Assembly (NCBI GenBank): GCA_031425235.1
Contig: JANPIZ010000006.1
Span: 30,803 to 94,802, forward strand
Source: Candidatus Nomurabacteria bacterium
GTDB taxonomy: Bacteria > Patescibacteriota > Minisyncoccia > Phycocordibacterales > UBA9973
DNA: 64,000 bases
Direction: 5' to 3'
Position numbers and translations under genes: made by a program. The notes beneath the pieces are model-generated. The model was not told where the DNA came from. It was given only the letters and a program-made list of their open reading frames with translations, and searched no databases. Shown one piece after another: positions 42,084 to 51,605 of the stretch. Within the stretch, counting starts at the first letter, position 1. Every line of letters begins with the position of its first letter.

Positions 42084-42659
42084 TTAATTTTCTAAACGTT
42101 TTCTTAATTCTTCGCGACCTCTAGAAATACTGCTTTTAACAGTATTTAAATTCATGTTTAGTTTCTTTGCTATTTCTTCATAACTCATCCCTTCACTTCT
42201 TAACATAAGAGGCATTTGATATTTTTCAGGTAAACCTTCAAAAGTCTTTAATAGGATTGCGCTTTTTTCTTTCTTTAATAAAAGTTCTTCTGGATTAAGG
42301 TTTTTATCTTCAAGGTAGTATAAATCATCTATATTAGCTGCTTTCTTTGATTTAATTCCAATAGGATCTGATTGAATTCTACGAAAGTAATCCGTTATAA
42401 CATTTTTAGTAATAGTTGTTAGCCATCCGTTTATATCTTCTCCTTTCTCCTTTTTTAGTTTGTCTGCATTTCTGTAAGCTTTATAAAGTGCTATATTTGT
42501 AAGTTCTTCCGCCATTTCTGTTCTATTCTCTTTATACAAAATTCTATAACATAATTGTTTTATAAAAGTCTCACTCTGTAAGATTTTTTCCTGAAGTTTT
42601 TTTATATTATCTTCTTCGGAATTATTAAATTGTTCGTTAGTTTTATTAATTCCTTCCAT
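42084..42659 (-). CDS. ECF RNA polymerase sigma factor (second copy)
   Basis: Region 2 and region 4 (LPEKYQMPLMLRSEGMSYEEIAKKLNMNLNTVKSSISRGREEL); start set at internal Met to avoid overlap with thrS. Confidence 0.7.
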   Translation of the reverse strand: MEGINKTNEQFNNSEEDNIKKLQEKILQSETFIKQLCYRILYKENRTEMAEELTNIALYKAYRNADKLKKEKGEDINGWLTTITKNVITDYFRRIQSDPIGIKSKKAANIDDLYYLEDKNLNPEELLLKKEKSAILLKTFEGLPEKYQMPLMLRSEGMSYEEIAKKLNMNLNTVKSSISRGREELRKRLEN

Positions 42660-42660
42660 T

Positions 42661-44508
42661 TTATTTCTTATTCTTAATTTCTTCTTTCCATAAATCAATC
42701 CACTCATCAAGTTTTGAAGGTACCAGCGATCCTTCCATCTTCATGTCTCTCATTCCAACACTGATAGTTTCAGTTTCTATTTCTTTATCACCGATGACTA
42801 TCCAATACGGGATTTTATTATTTTTTGCATCACGAACTTTTTTGCCGAGGTTTTCATCGCCATCATCAAATTCGGCACGAATATTATTTTCCTTTAATAT
42901 TTCAAAAACTTTCCGTGCATACTCGTTGTGATTTTCACGTACTGGTATGATTTTCACTTGCACAGGGGAGAGCCAGAGAGGGAATATTCCTGCAGTATGT
43001 TCTATATACACGGACAAAAATCTTTCTATAGAACCCATCAGAGCAAAGTGGATCATCACAGGTGTTTGCGGTTTACCATCGCTATCTGTATATGTTAAAC
43101 CGAAACGTTTTGGTTGCACAAAATCCAGTTGGGGGGTAGCAAGCTGCCATTGTCTACCGAGGGCATCTATAGCCATGAAATCTATTTTTGGACCATAAAA
43201 GGCCGCTTCCCCAGGAGCTTCAAAATAATCAAGGTTATGCTTTTTGGCCATGTCTAATATAATTCCTTGAGCTTTTTCCCATAATTCTGGTTCTCCTAAA
43301 TATTTTTCTGGGGTTTTTGGGTCTCTAAAAGAAAGTCGTGCACGGATTTTCATGCCAATAACTTCATAGAATATTTTAGTAACCTCAATCAGTTGCGCAT
43401 ATATTTCTTCAATTTGATCAGGCGTGCAAAATGTATGACTATCGTCTTGGGTAATGCATCGAACACGAGAAAGTCCTAAGAGTTCTCCAGCTTTTTCATC
43501 TCTATATACAGTTGTTGTTTCCATATATTTAATAGGAAGTTCTTTGTAGCTATGCGGTGAACTCGCATAGATCTGTTGATGATGTGGACAATTCATAGGT
43601 TTCATAACTAATTCATCAGATGTTTCCTGACTTTTTACTAAAAATAATTCACCGCCAAATTTATCCCAATGTCCTGATGTCTTGTATAAATCGTTTTTAG
43701 TAATATGAGGGCTCCATACTTTTTGCCAACCTTTTAGAGACCGCAGAGACTGAGAGTATTCATTCAGGAGTTCTCTTAGTAATGCACCTTTTGGTGTGAA
43801 TAAAGGTAAGCCTTTTCCTACTTGCTCAGAAAGAGTAAATAAATTCAACTGCTGTCCCAGCTTTCGATGATCTCTTTTTTCCGCTTCTTCGCGTTGCGCT
43901 ATATACGCATCAAGTTCACTTTTTGTTTCAAAAGCGAGTCCGTAGATACGGGTAAGCATTTTATTTTTCTCATCTCCTCGCCAGTAGGCACCAGCTACAC
44001 GATCGAGTTTGAAAGACATAGGGTCGATTTCTGTCGCAGGATGCTCGAGGTGTCCTCCGCGACACAGGTCAGTAAAACCTCCACAAGTGTATGTGGTTAT
44101 TTTTTCTCCGCGCTCTGCGATTTCATTTATTAGCCCTTGCTTGTATTCATTTTTGAAAAAGTCGAGTGCTTCATCCTTGCTGATTTCTTTGTGTGTGAAT
44201 TCTGTCCATTTTGGGAGGATTTTTCTCATTCGATCTTCAATTTTCTTTAGGTCTGTATCTGCGACTTTTTCTCCACAGAAATCTATGTCGTAGTAGAAGC
44301 CATTTTCAATAGCAGGCCCAAGAGTGAGTTTGATTTTATCAAATTTATATATTTCTCCCACAGCCGCTGCTAATAGGTGAGCCAGTGTATGCCTTAGATG
44401 CTCCAGTTTGTCGTTTTTGTCCATAAACTCAATACTATCACTTTTTATTTCTTTTCTCAAAATTTCCTTTGTTGCTTTTTTACTTATATATGCTAGTATA
44501 GAACACAT
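42661..44508 (-). CDS. thrS: threonine--tRNA ligase (short form)
   Basis: HRDHRKLGQQL, class II motifs, Zn-binding C…HH, anticodon-binding C-terminus; true start may be Met at 44424 (leaving room for divergent rpmF promoter). Confidence 0.9.
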   Translation of the reverse strand: MCSILAYISKKATKEILRKEIKSDSIEFMDKNDKLEHLRHTLAHLLAAAVGEIYKFDKIKLTLGPAIENGFYYDIDFCGEKVADTDLKKIEDRMRKILPKWTEFTHKEISKDEALDFFKNEYKQGLINEIAERGEKITTYTCGGFTDLCRGGHLEHPATEIDPMSFKLDRVAGAYWRGDEKNKMLTRIYGLAFETKSELDAYIAQREEAEKRDHRKLGQQLNLFTLSEQVGKGLPLFTPKGALLRELLNEYSQSLRSLKGWQKVWSPHITKNDLYKTSGHWDKFGGELFLVKSQETSDELVMKPMNCPHHQQIYASSPHSYKELPIKYMETTTVYRDEKAGELLGLSRVRCITQDDSHTFCTPDQIEEIYAQLIEVTKIFYEVIGMKIRARLSFRDPKTPEKYLGEPELWEKAQGIILDMAKKHNLDYFEAPGEAAFYGPKIDFMAIDALGRQWQLATPQLDFVQPKRFGLTYTDSDGKPQTPVMIHFALMGSIERFLSVYIEHTAGIFPLWLSPVQVKIIPVRENHNEYARKVFEILKENNIRAEFDDGDENLGKKVRDAKNNKIPYWIVIGDKEIETETISVGMRDMKMEGSLVPSKLDEWIDLWKEEIKNKK

Positions 44509-44509
44509 T

Positions 44510-44737
44510 ATGGTAGTACGAATGAGACATACAAAATCGCATACGAAAAACCGCCGTTCTCACCACGCTTTGGTGAGTACGAGTTTTACTAAATGTACAA
44601 ACTGCACGGCTTTAAAGCGACGTCACACTGTGTGCCCGACTTGTGGATATTACCGTGGTAAAAAAGTTTTAGACTTGGTAAAAAAAGTAGAGAAGAAACA
44701 AAAGAAAGCTAAGGCTAAAACAGCAGCAGCTAAATAA
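44510..44737 (+). CDS. rpmF: 50S ribosomal protein L32
   Basis: MVVRMRHTKSHTKNRRSHHAL…CTNC…CPTCGYYRGKKV; ORF caller's upstream Met 44408 is spurious. Confidence 0.85.
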   Translation: MVVRMRHTKSHTKNRRSHHALVSTSFTKCTNCTALKRRHTVCPTCGYYRGKKVLDLVKKVEKKQKKAKAKTAAAK

Positions 44738-44817
44738 CAAGCAAAGCGAGTAGGCTCTGAGCACTAGGCTTTAGTTATGTACTAAAGCGGAGAACTTAAA
44801 ACCTAACGCCACACAAA

Positions 44818-45744
44818 ATGGCAAATAGGCACCTTTCAAGATCAATAGTACTTCAAACACTTTTTGAGTGGGATTTCTTGCCGATTGAAAAAAAAGAAAG
44901 TGGAACTGTGGGCGAAGAGATAAAAGAAGGCCTTAAAAGAAATTTAAAAGAATTTGGTCCTGGCCTTGAGGATGATGTGTTCGTGTTTTCACTCATGAAT
45001 GATATATTGAAAAATCATAAAGTGATTGATGAAATAATAGAGAAAGCAGCACCTGACTGGCCTATCGATAAAATATCTATTGTTGACCGTAACATCTTGC
45101 GTATTGGGTTGCAGGAACTCCTGTTTGGCGACAGGTCCCAAGTGCCTCCGAAGGTAGCTATCAATGAAGCTATTGAGCTCGCAAAAACATTTGGTGGCGA
45201 AAATTCGAGCAAGTTCGTAAATGGAGTGCTCGGTGCAGTCTATAAAGAAATAGGTGAGCCGGGTAAGGAACAAAAAAGTAAGGCACGTGGTAAAAAATCT
45301 GATGAACCCGTAGATATAAGTACATTACAAGTGGAAGAACTCGGCGGGGCGATCGTATATTCCCAAAAAGATAATGATACAGTGTTTGCTCTTGTTCATG
45401 ATGTATTCGGCTACTGGACTCTATCGAAAGGAAAAATGGAAGAAGGAGAAAGTGTCGAGGAGGGCACTAAGCGAGCACTCAAAAAAGAAATAGGTTTAGA
45501 CATAACCCTCGAAGAGAAGTTGGGTGCAAATGAATACGTCGCTTCACATCCTGAAAAAGGAAAGACATTGAAACGAGTTACCTACTTCCTTGCAAAAAGC
45601 GATTACAAAGAGCTCGAACTTGAAAAGTCCGGCGGACTCGATGGGGCGAGATGGTTTCCACTCTCGGCAATAGCTGAACTTCGGATGTATGGTGACATGA
45701 TCCCAATCATTGAAAAGGCTGTAAAGATTATAAATTCCAAATAA
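44818..45744 (+). CDS. nusB: NusB transcription antitermination factor fused to C-terminal NUDIX hydrolase domain
   Basis: N-terminal NusB fold ([17 protein letters not shown]…); C-terminal Nudix box [23 protein letters not shown] (Gx5Ex7REUxEExGU). Confidence 0.7.
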   Translation: MANRHLSRSIVLQTLFEWDFLPIEKKESGTVGEEIKEGLKRNLKEFGPGLEDDVFVFSLMNDILKNHKVIDEIIEKAAPDWPIDKISIVDRNILRIGLQELLFGDRSQVPPKVAINEAIELAKTFGGENSSKFVNGVLGAVYKEIGEPGKEQKSKARGKKSDEPVDISTLQVEELGGAIVYSQKDNDTVFALVHDVFGYWTLSKGKMEEGESVEEGTKRALKKEIGLDITLEEKLGANEYVASHPEKGKTLKRVTYFLAKSDYKELELEKSGGLDGARWFPLSAIAELRMYGDMIPIIEKAVKIINSK

Positions 45745-45754
45745 TTACAAAAAA

Positions 45755-46450
45755 ATGATAAATTTTTCAGATTTCGAAGAAAAAACAAAAGTATTTTTTA
45801 AAGATAAAGATTTACTCAAACAAGCTTTTATTCACAGGTCATACATAAATGAAAATACAGGAACCAAGCTTTCACACAATGAACGACTCGAATTTTTGGG
45901 TGATGCGGTGCTCGAACTTATCGTGACTGACTTTTTATATAAAAAATATCCTAGCTACACTGAAGGGGAACTCACTTCGATCCGTTCAGCGCTCGTGAAT
46001 GCTATTATTATATCTGAAGTAGCAAAAAATGCTGGAATGAATGATTTTCTACTCCTTTCAAAAGGTGAAGCCAAGGATCATGGCAAGGCGAGGCAGTACA
46101 TACTCGCCAATACATATGAAGCGTACATCGGAGCTTTGTACCTGGATCAAGGATACGAGGCCGTCAATGTGTTCTTGAAAGAAAATTTGCTTCCAAAAAC
46201 TGACGAGATAGTAAGGAAAAAATTATGGCGCGATGCAAAAAGTTTGGTACAAGAAAAAGCTCAGGAGTTCGTATCAGTTACACCGCAATATAAAGTAATG
46301 AGTGAATCCGGACCGGATCACGACAAGCATTTTACCGTAGGGATATTTTTTGGTGGTAATAAAATAGCCGAAGGAAGCGGTAAATCTAAACAGGAAGCTG
46401 AAGTAAAAGCAGCCGAAGCAGCGTTAAAAGCAAAAAACTGGCTTGATTAA
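45755..46450 (+). CDS. rnc: ribonuclease III
   Basis: Signature ERLEFLGDAVLEL; C-terminal dsRBD. Confidence 0.9.
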   Translation: MINFSDFEEKTKVFFKDKDLLKQAFIHRSYINENTGTKLSHNERLEFLGDAVLELIVTDFLYKKYPSYTEGELTSIRSALVNAIIISEVAKNAGMNDFLLLSKGEAKDHGKARQYILANTYEAYIGALYLDQGYEAVNVFLKENLLPKTDEIVRKKLWRDAKSLVQEKAQEFVSVTPQYKVMSESGPDHDKHFTVGIFFGGNKIAEGSGKSKQEAEVKAAEAALKAKNWLD

Positions 46451-46468
46451 ATGCTATAATACTACGGT

Positions 46469-48700
46469 ATGCGATTAAAAACTCTTGAAATAAACGGATT
46501 CAAATCTTTTGCCCACAAGAGTGTTTTAGAGTTTGAAAGCCCTATCGTTTGTATCGTCGGACCGAATGGCTCGGGTAAATCAAACGTGGTGGAATCATTC
46601 CGCTATGTACTCGGCGAGCAATCAATGAAGTCCATGCGCGGAAAATCAGGTACCGACCTGATTTTTAAAGGATCAAAAAATCTATCAAAAGGCACTCGTG
46701 CTACTGTGACCGTACATTTTAACAATAGTGACAAAGTTTTTAAAGTAACCAACGACAATGGTGAAAACATTGATCTCAACTACGACACCATAAGTGTTGC
46801 TCGACAAGTTTTTCCTGATGGGCTAAATAAATATATATTAAATGGCTCAGACGTACGGCTGAAAGATATTCACAATCTTCTTGCTTCAGTAAATATTGGT
46901 TCCTCCGGGCATCACATTATTTCTCAAGGTGAAGCGGACAGGATATTGAACGCAAATCCAAAAGAACGCCGTGAGATGGTGGAGGATGCACTCGGACTCA
47001 AGGTGTATCAATATCGAATAAAAGACTCAGAGCGTAAACTCGAACGAACAAATGAAAACATGAAAGAGGTGAGCATGCTTCGCCGTGAAAACGCACCACA
47101 TTTAAACTTTTTGAAACGTCAGGTTGAAAAAATAGAGAAGGCTCGCGATATGCAGCTCGAGCTCGCGGGACTATATCGAAGATATTTAAAATACGAAAGT
47201 ACCTACCTCGAAGAGGAAAAATCAAAACTTGACCAGGAAAAAGAAGTTATTTCGAAGGAGCTAAAAATTGTAAACGATAAAATCGCTGGAGCAGAAGCAG
47301 AGGGTAATATACAAGGAAGCAAAAAAATAGATGAACTCCGCACACAAGAGAAAAAAATAAATGAGGTTCGAAGTATAAAAAATGAAATGGAGCGCAAAAT
47401 CGGACGCATCGAAGGTATGATCGAAATGGAGGAACATCGCCAACGTGAGGCGCCCGAAGCTATAGTGATGTCGCCCGTTGAGGTAAAAAGTATTTTAAAT
47501 GAAGTCCATGGCTCTATAGATGAGGCAATTTCAAAAGAGCATATTTCAGAAATTCGACCTATTCTTGAAAGAATAAAAATTATCTTAGATAGATTTAACA
47601 AAAACAAAGAACTCAAGGATACATTTAGTGACACGGTAGAATTAAAGAAAAATCGGCAGGAAATTCTCATTGAGATGGAAAAAATCGAGAGAGAGGAGCA
47701 AAAAATTACTGATTTTGCGCGAGAGCTTCGAAGAGAAATAGATCAAGAATTAGAAGTACTTCGTGACCTCGAACGCGAAAAGTTTACCTGGAAAGTGAGA
47801 CAGCAAGAACTTGCCTCAGCCTTAGAACTCGCTTACATAAAAGAAACAACTTTAAGAAACAGACTCGAAGCTTTTGAAAACGAAATAAAAGAAGGGGTGG
47901 CATTGATTGGGCAGGAAATATTGTTGTACAAACAACACGCACCCGAGAACGAAGAAATGCCTGAGGACGGAGAACTCAAGCGTAAAATTGAACGTATTAA
48001 AATTAAGCTTGAAGACGCTGGTCTCGGCAATGGGGCTGACATAATGAAAGAATATAACGAAGTCACTGAACGAGATGCATTTTTAGTAACAGAACTCGTT
48101 GACCTAGAAAAAAGCATCGAATCGCTACAAGCACTTATCGCCGACCTGAAGGAAAAAATTGATGTGGAATTCAAGGAGGGTGTAAGTAAAATAAATGTAG
48201 CGTTTCAAGAGTTTTTCTCTCTTATGTTTGGGGGAGGACATGGAGCCTTGTCAGTCGTAACTCCGCAAAAGAAAAAGAAAAAAGTAAGTGATGAATTTGA
48301 CGGAGAAGATGATATTGAGGATCTTGAAGAAAATGAAGTGCCGGAGCAAGGTATCGAAATAAGTGTATCACTTCCACATAAAAAGGTACGAGAATTGCAT
48401 GCATTGTCGGGGGGAGAAAGGTCGCTCACATCTATAGCGATTTTATTTGCCATGTCACAGGTGAATCCACCACCTTTCCTTGTTCTCGATGAAACAGATG
48501 CTGCACTCGACGAAGCGAATTCTCGCAAATATGGTGACATGTTGGAAAAACTTTCCAAGCATTCTCAGCTTGTCGTTGTGACTCACAATAGGGAAACAAT
48601 GTCGCGAGCTGGAGTGTTGTACGGAGTGACAGTCGGAGCCGACGGAGCCTCGAAGCTATTGTCAGTGAAATTTGAAGAAGCGACCCAGATTGCAAAATAA
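46469..48700 (+). CDS. smc: SMC-family ATPase (short, ~743 aa)
   Basis: N-terminal Walker A GPNGSGKSN, long coiled coil, C-terminal signature LSGGERSLTSIAILFA and Walker B FLVLDETDAALD. Confidence 0.75.
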   Translation: MRLKTLEINGFKSFAHKSVLEFESPIVCIVGPNGSGKSNVVESFRYVLGEQSMKSMRGKSGTDLIFKGSKNLSKGTRATVTVHFNNSDKVFKVTNDNGENIDLNYDTISVARQVFPDGLNKYILNGSDVRLKDIHNLLASVNIGSSGHHIISQGEADRILNANPKERREMVEDALGLKVYQYRIKDSERKLERTNENMKEVSMLRRENAPHLNFLKRQVEKIEKARDMQLELAGLYRRYLKYESTYLEEEKSKLDQEKEVISKELKIVNDKIAGAEAEGNIQGSKKIDELRTQEKKINEVRSIKNEMERKIGRIEGMIEMEEHRQREAPEAIVMSPVEVKSILNEVHGSIDEAISKEHISEIRPILERIKIILDRFNKNKELKDTFSDTVELKKNRQEILIEMEKIEREEQKITDFARELRREIDQELEVLRDLEREKFTWKVRQQELASALELAYIKETTLRNRLEAFENEIKEGVALIGQEILLYKQHAPENEEMPEDGELKRKIERIKIKLEDAGLGNGADIMKEYNEVTERDAFLVTELVDLEKSIESLQALIADLKEKIDVEFKEGVSKINVAFQEFFSLMFGGGHGALSVVTPQKKKKKVSDEFDGEDDIEDLEENEVPEQGIEISVSLPHKKVRELHALSGGERSLTSIAILFAMSQVNPPPFLVLDETDAALDEANSRKYGDMLEKLSKHSQLVVVTHNRETMSRAGVLYGVTVGADGASKLLSVKFEEATQIAK

Positions 48701-48706
48701 ATACTT

Positions 48707-49081
48707 ATGCCAAAAGAAACTTTACCAAAAATAGAAGATAGACAGTTTGCCGCGTATAAAGAGTATCACGCTCTTTTAAAAGAATTAAATGAAATACAAG
48801 AAAATAATGATAATTATTCAGAAAAAAACGCTCCAGAAAATTTCCCCAACTATGGTGTTATTGAAAATATAAAAGGAAAATCTATATTTAGAGGATTAGA
48901 CGGTAAAAGAGGGGTAGCAGAATTTTGCTTTGGTAAGCAAATGAGCACAAACGACCAGGAAGGCAATTATAGGTATGTATCTCAAGCGACTTTTGACACG
49001 ATGGTTGAAAAACTAAAACTCGCTTTATTTTTTCTTGAAAACAAAAACAAAGAAGGAGGGGATAAAATTTTATTGGGATAG
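48707..49081 (+). CDS. hypothetical protein
   Basis: 124-aa ORF. Confidence 0.4.
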   Translation: MPKETLPKIEDRQFAAYKEYHALLKELNEIQENNDNYSEKNAPENFPNYGVIENIKGKSIFRGLDGKRGVAEFCFGKQMSTNDQEGNYRYVSQATFDTMVEKLKLALFFLENKNKEGGDKILLG

Positions 49082-49116
49082 ATGTTGTTTTTCTCTAATT
49101 TGGTATAATAAACTAC

Positions 49117-49689
49117 ATGAAATTAATACTTGGTTCTTCGTCACGATATCGAAAAAAACTCCTTGAAAATGCAGGGTATACGTTCGATGTTGTTATACCT
49201 CATGTGGATGAAAAGGCTATTAAAACAAATAACCCTTATGAACGCCCCCTTATTCTTGCTCGTGCTAAAGCAGATGCAGTATTGCCTCTGGTCACAGAGC
49301 CCGCTCTCATAATAACTTCCGATATTGTTGTGGTAGGAGAGGGTAAGCTTTACGAAAAACCAGAGTCCAAAGAAGAAGCTCGAGAAATGCTTCAAAAATA
49401 TAGTAACGGTCTTAATCCCGAGACAGTGTGCGCTATCGTGGTGACCAACACCCAAACAAAAGAACGTTTTGAAGGAGTTGATATTGCGAAGGTATTTTTT
49501 AAGCCATTTACTGGGCTCATGATTGAAGAATTTATCAAAGAGGGTAGTCCTCTCGAACGTGCGGGAGGTTTTGGTATTCAACATCCGATCATGCAGCCTT
49601 ACATTCACAAAATTGAAGGTACAGAAGAAAGCATCTCTGGGATGCCAATTCATCTATTGAAAGACTTGCTTGCTAAAGCGGGATACTAG
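49117..49689 (+). CDS. maf: Maf-family nucleoside triphosphate pyrophosphatase
   Basis: MKLILGSSSRYRKKLL… N-terminus and overall Maf pattern. Confidence 0.75.
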   Translation: MKLILGSSSRYRKKLLENAGYTFDVVIPHVDEKAIKTNNPYERPLILARAKADAVLPLVTEPALIITSDIVVVGEGKLYEKPESKEEAREMLQKYSNGLNPETVCAIVVTNTQTKERFEGVDIAKVFFKPFTGLMIEEFIKEGSPLERAGGFGIQHPIMQPYIHKIEGTEESISGMPIHLLKDLLAKAGY

Positions 49690-51590
49690 GGTATTTTAGG
49701 TATTTCTTGAAATTTTACTTTTTCTTCTTTTCCTTTTATGACTTGGTCAGGCTGAAAAGCTTTATTTAATTTTACAATATCTTTACGAGTAGTCATACTG
49801 CCGTCTTTATTTAATTTTATATTAAGAAGCATGCCTTGCATGGTGTTTACGCTGAAGCCTTGATCAAAAATAAAATTACCAAGCGAGTAGGCTATGTAGC
49901 TTTGTTTATAGACTTCGGTGTCTTGTATCACGTGTGGATGTGCTCCGATTACAAGTTTAGCGCCATTATCAACAGCCCTATGCGCGAGGTATTCTTGACG
50001 AGCATTGTGTTTCGTCTTGTATTCATCACCAAAATGAAATGATACAACGAGGTGGTCAACCTGCCTTGAAGCGTTTTGGATGATTTCGTCAAATCGTGGG
50101 TTGCTCGCAAGAAGGAGACCAGCTTGATCGGCTGTTGCTTGCATAGAGTTTGGTCCGACATCTGAAAATCCGAGGAAGCCGATTTTCATGCCGTATTTCT
50201 CTATAATTGTAGGAGTTTCTGCATCTACAGCATCGTTGCCTCCACCTGTGTATAAAATTTCGTTTTCTTTTAAGGTTGCGAGGCTGTCAGCATATGCGAG
50301 GCGACCCCAGTCACCGACATGATTATTTGCTACTGACACGATAGTCATACCGGCACCAGCGAGCGCTGGGACTACTGCTGGATCCATTCTAAAAGAATAT
50401 AAGTTCTTTTGATCTGCGCCTTGGTCTGATGCGGGACCCTCTAGATTTGCGAATACAATATCGGACTTTTTGAGTACGGATAGTTTTTCAAATAATGCTG
50501 AGTAGTCGTTGCCAAAATTTTTGACGACTGAATTCCGTACTCCACGGTCAAGCATAATATCACCTCCAAATGTGAGGGTAACAAAGGTGGGGTCACTAAT
50601 GTCAGGGATATTTATTTTTTCGGCTACCCAATTAGTAGTCGCATCTGCTTCACCTCCATAGTAAATATGCTTTTTTAAGTATTTTATTATATTTTCTACG
50701 TCTCGCTCTCGGTCTTTGCTGCCAAGAAGGGTGATAGCAATAGGACGCAATCCTGTTTGACCGAGAGGCAAATTAAATAGTGATACCACTGTTTGCTTGG
50801 CTGCGTCAGTATATCCGCTTTTACCTCCAACATATCCATCATCGCCAAGAAATTGCGAAATATTGGACCAACTATGTTTTTTGTTTACAAAACTTCTTTT
50901 ACCGGTGATGTCGAGTATGTCTTTGTTATTGGTTCGCAAATATCCAACGAGTCGAAACATGTCGGATGCCGTGGATTGATTGTTGCTCGAAAGCCCACTT
51001 GGGTCCTGGAAGCGCGTCGAAGACATTTTTAGATTTTCGGCAACTTGGTTCATTCTGGAAATAAAATTATCACGTCCAAAATGCTCTGCGAGTACTTCAG
51101 CTGCGTCGTTGCTCGACTCAAGGAGGAGGGGATACAAGAGGTCTGTTGTTTTTATTTTTTCCCCAGTTCTCAACCCTCCATTTTTACCGAGTGCCGAAAG
51201 GGCACGATTTGTTACGGTTGCTATGTTGTCAGGGGTATTTATTTCTTTTGTTACAAGAGCCGTCATGAGTTTGGACATGGAGGCTATTGGATATTTTTGG
51301 TCTTGTGATTTTGCAAGTATTACCTCACCAGTATTGAGATCACCCACTATATACGACTGTGCAGAAATTTTTGGTTGAACGGTAGTATTTTTATTTACAT
51401 AATAATACTTTGAATGTGTAACTTCTTTTAGAGGAGCTACGAGCTGGATTACAGCCGCTTGGTTGCCTAGAGGATCGAGTTTTTGTCCTCGCAGGAACGC
51501 CATTGTCGATGAAGTCAAAAAAACACCGATACAGAGCGAGAGTATCGTCCACGCAATAATTTTAGTTTTTGTTCTTAAAAATTCTTTCAT
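49686..51590 (-). CDS. fusion protein: N-terminal D-alanyl-D-alanine carboxypeptidase (S11/PBP5-like) + C-terminal CapA/PgsA metallophosphoesterase domain
   Basis: SxxK (ASMSKLMTA), SxN (ESSNDAA), KTG-like (KSGYT) motifs; then CapA-like …VSVANNHVGDWG…GAHPHVIQD. Confidence 0.65.
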   Translation of the reverse strand: MKEFLRTKTKIIAWTILSLCIGVFLTSSTMAFLRGQKLDPLGNQAAVIQLVAPLKEVTHSKYYYVNKNTTVQPKISAQSYIVGDLNTGEVILAKSQDQKYPIASMSKLMTALVTKEINTPDNIATVTNRALSALGKNGGLRTGEKIKTTDLLYPLLLESSNDAAEVLAEHFGRDNFISRMNQVAENLKMSSTRFQDPSGLSSNNQSTASDMFRLVGYLRTNNKDILDITGKRSFVNKKHSWSNISQFLGDDGYVGGKSGYTDAAKQTVVSLFNLPLGQTGLRPIAITLLGSKDRERDVENIIKYLKKHIYYGGEADATTNWVAEKINIPDISDPTFVTLTFGGDIMLDRGVRNSVVKNFGNDYSALFEKLSVLKKSDIVFANLEGPASDQGADQKNLYSFRMDPAVVPALAGAGMTIVSVANNHVGDWGRLAYADSLATLKENEILYTGGGNDAVDAETPTIIEKYGMKIGFLGFSDVGPNSMQATADQAGLLLASNPRFDEIIQNASRQVDHLVVSFHFGDEYKTKHNARQEYLAHRAVDNGAKLVIGAHPHVIQDTEVYKQSYIAYSLGNFIFDQGFSVNTMQGMLLNIKLNKDGSMTTRKDIVKLNKAFQPDQVIKGKEEKVKFQEIPKIP

Positions 51591-51605
51591 CTCGATTCTA
51601 CTGTA

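Noticed and set aside
44408-44509. N-terminal 34-aa hydrophobic extension of the L32 ORF (start 44408)
   Set aside because: The L32 homology begins at MVVRMRHTK (44510). The extension would overlap the thrS start on the opposite strand and is an ORF-caller artefact.
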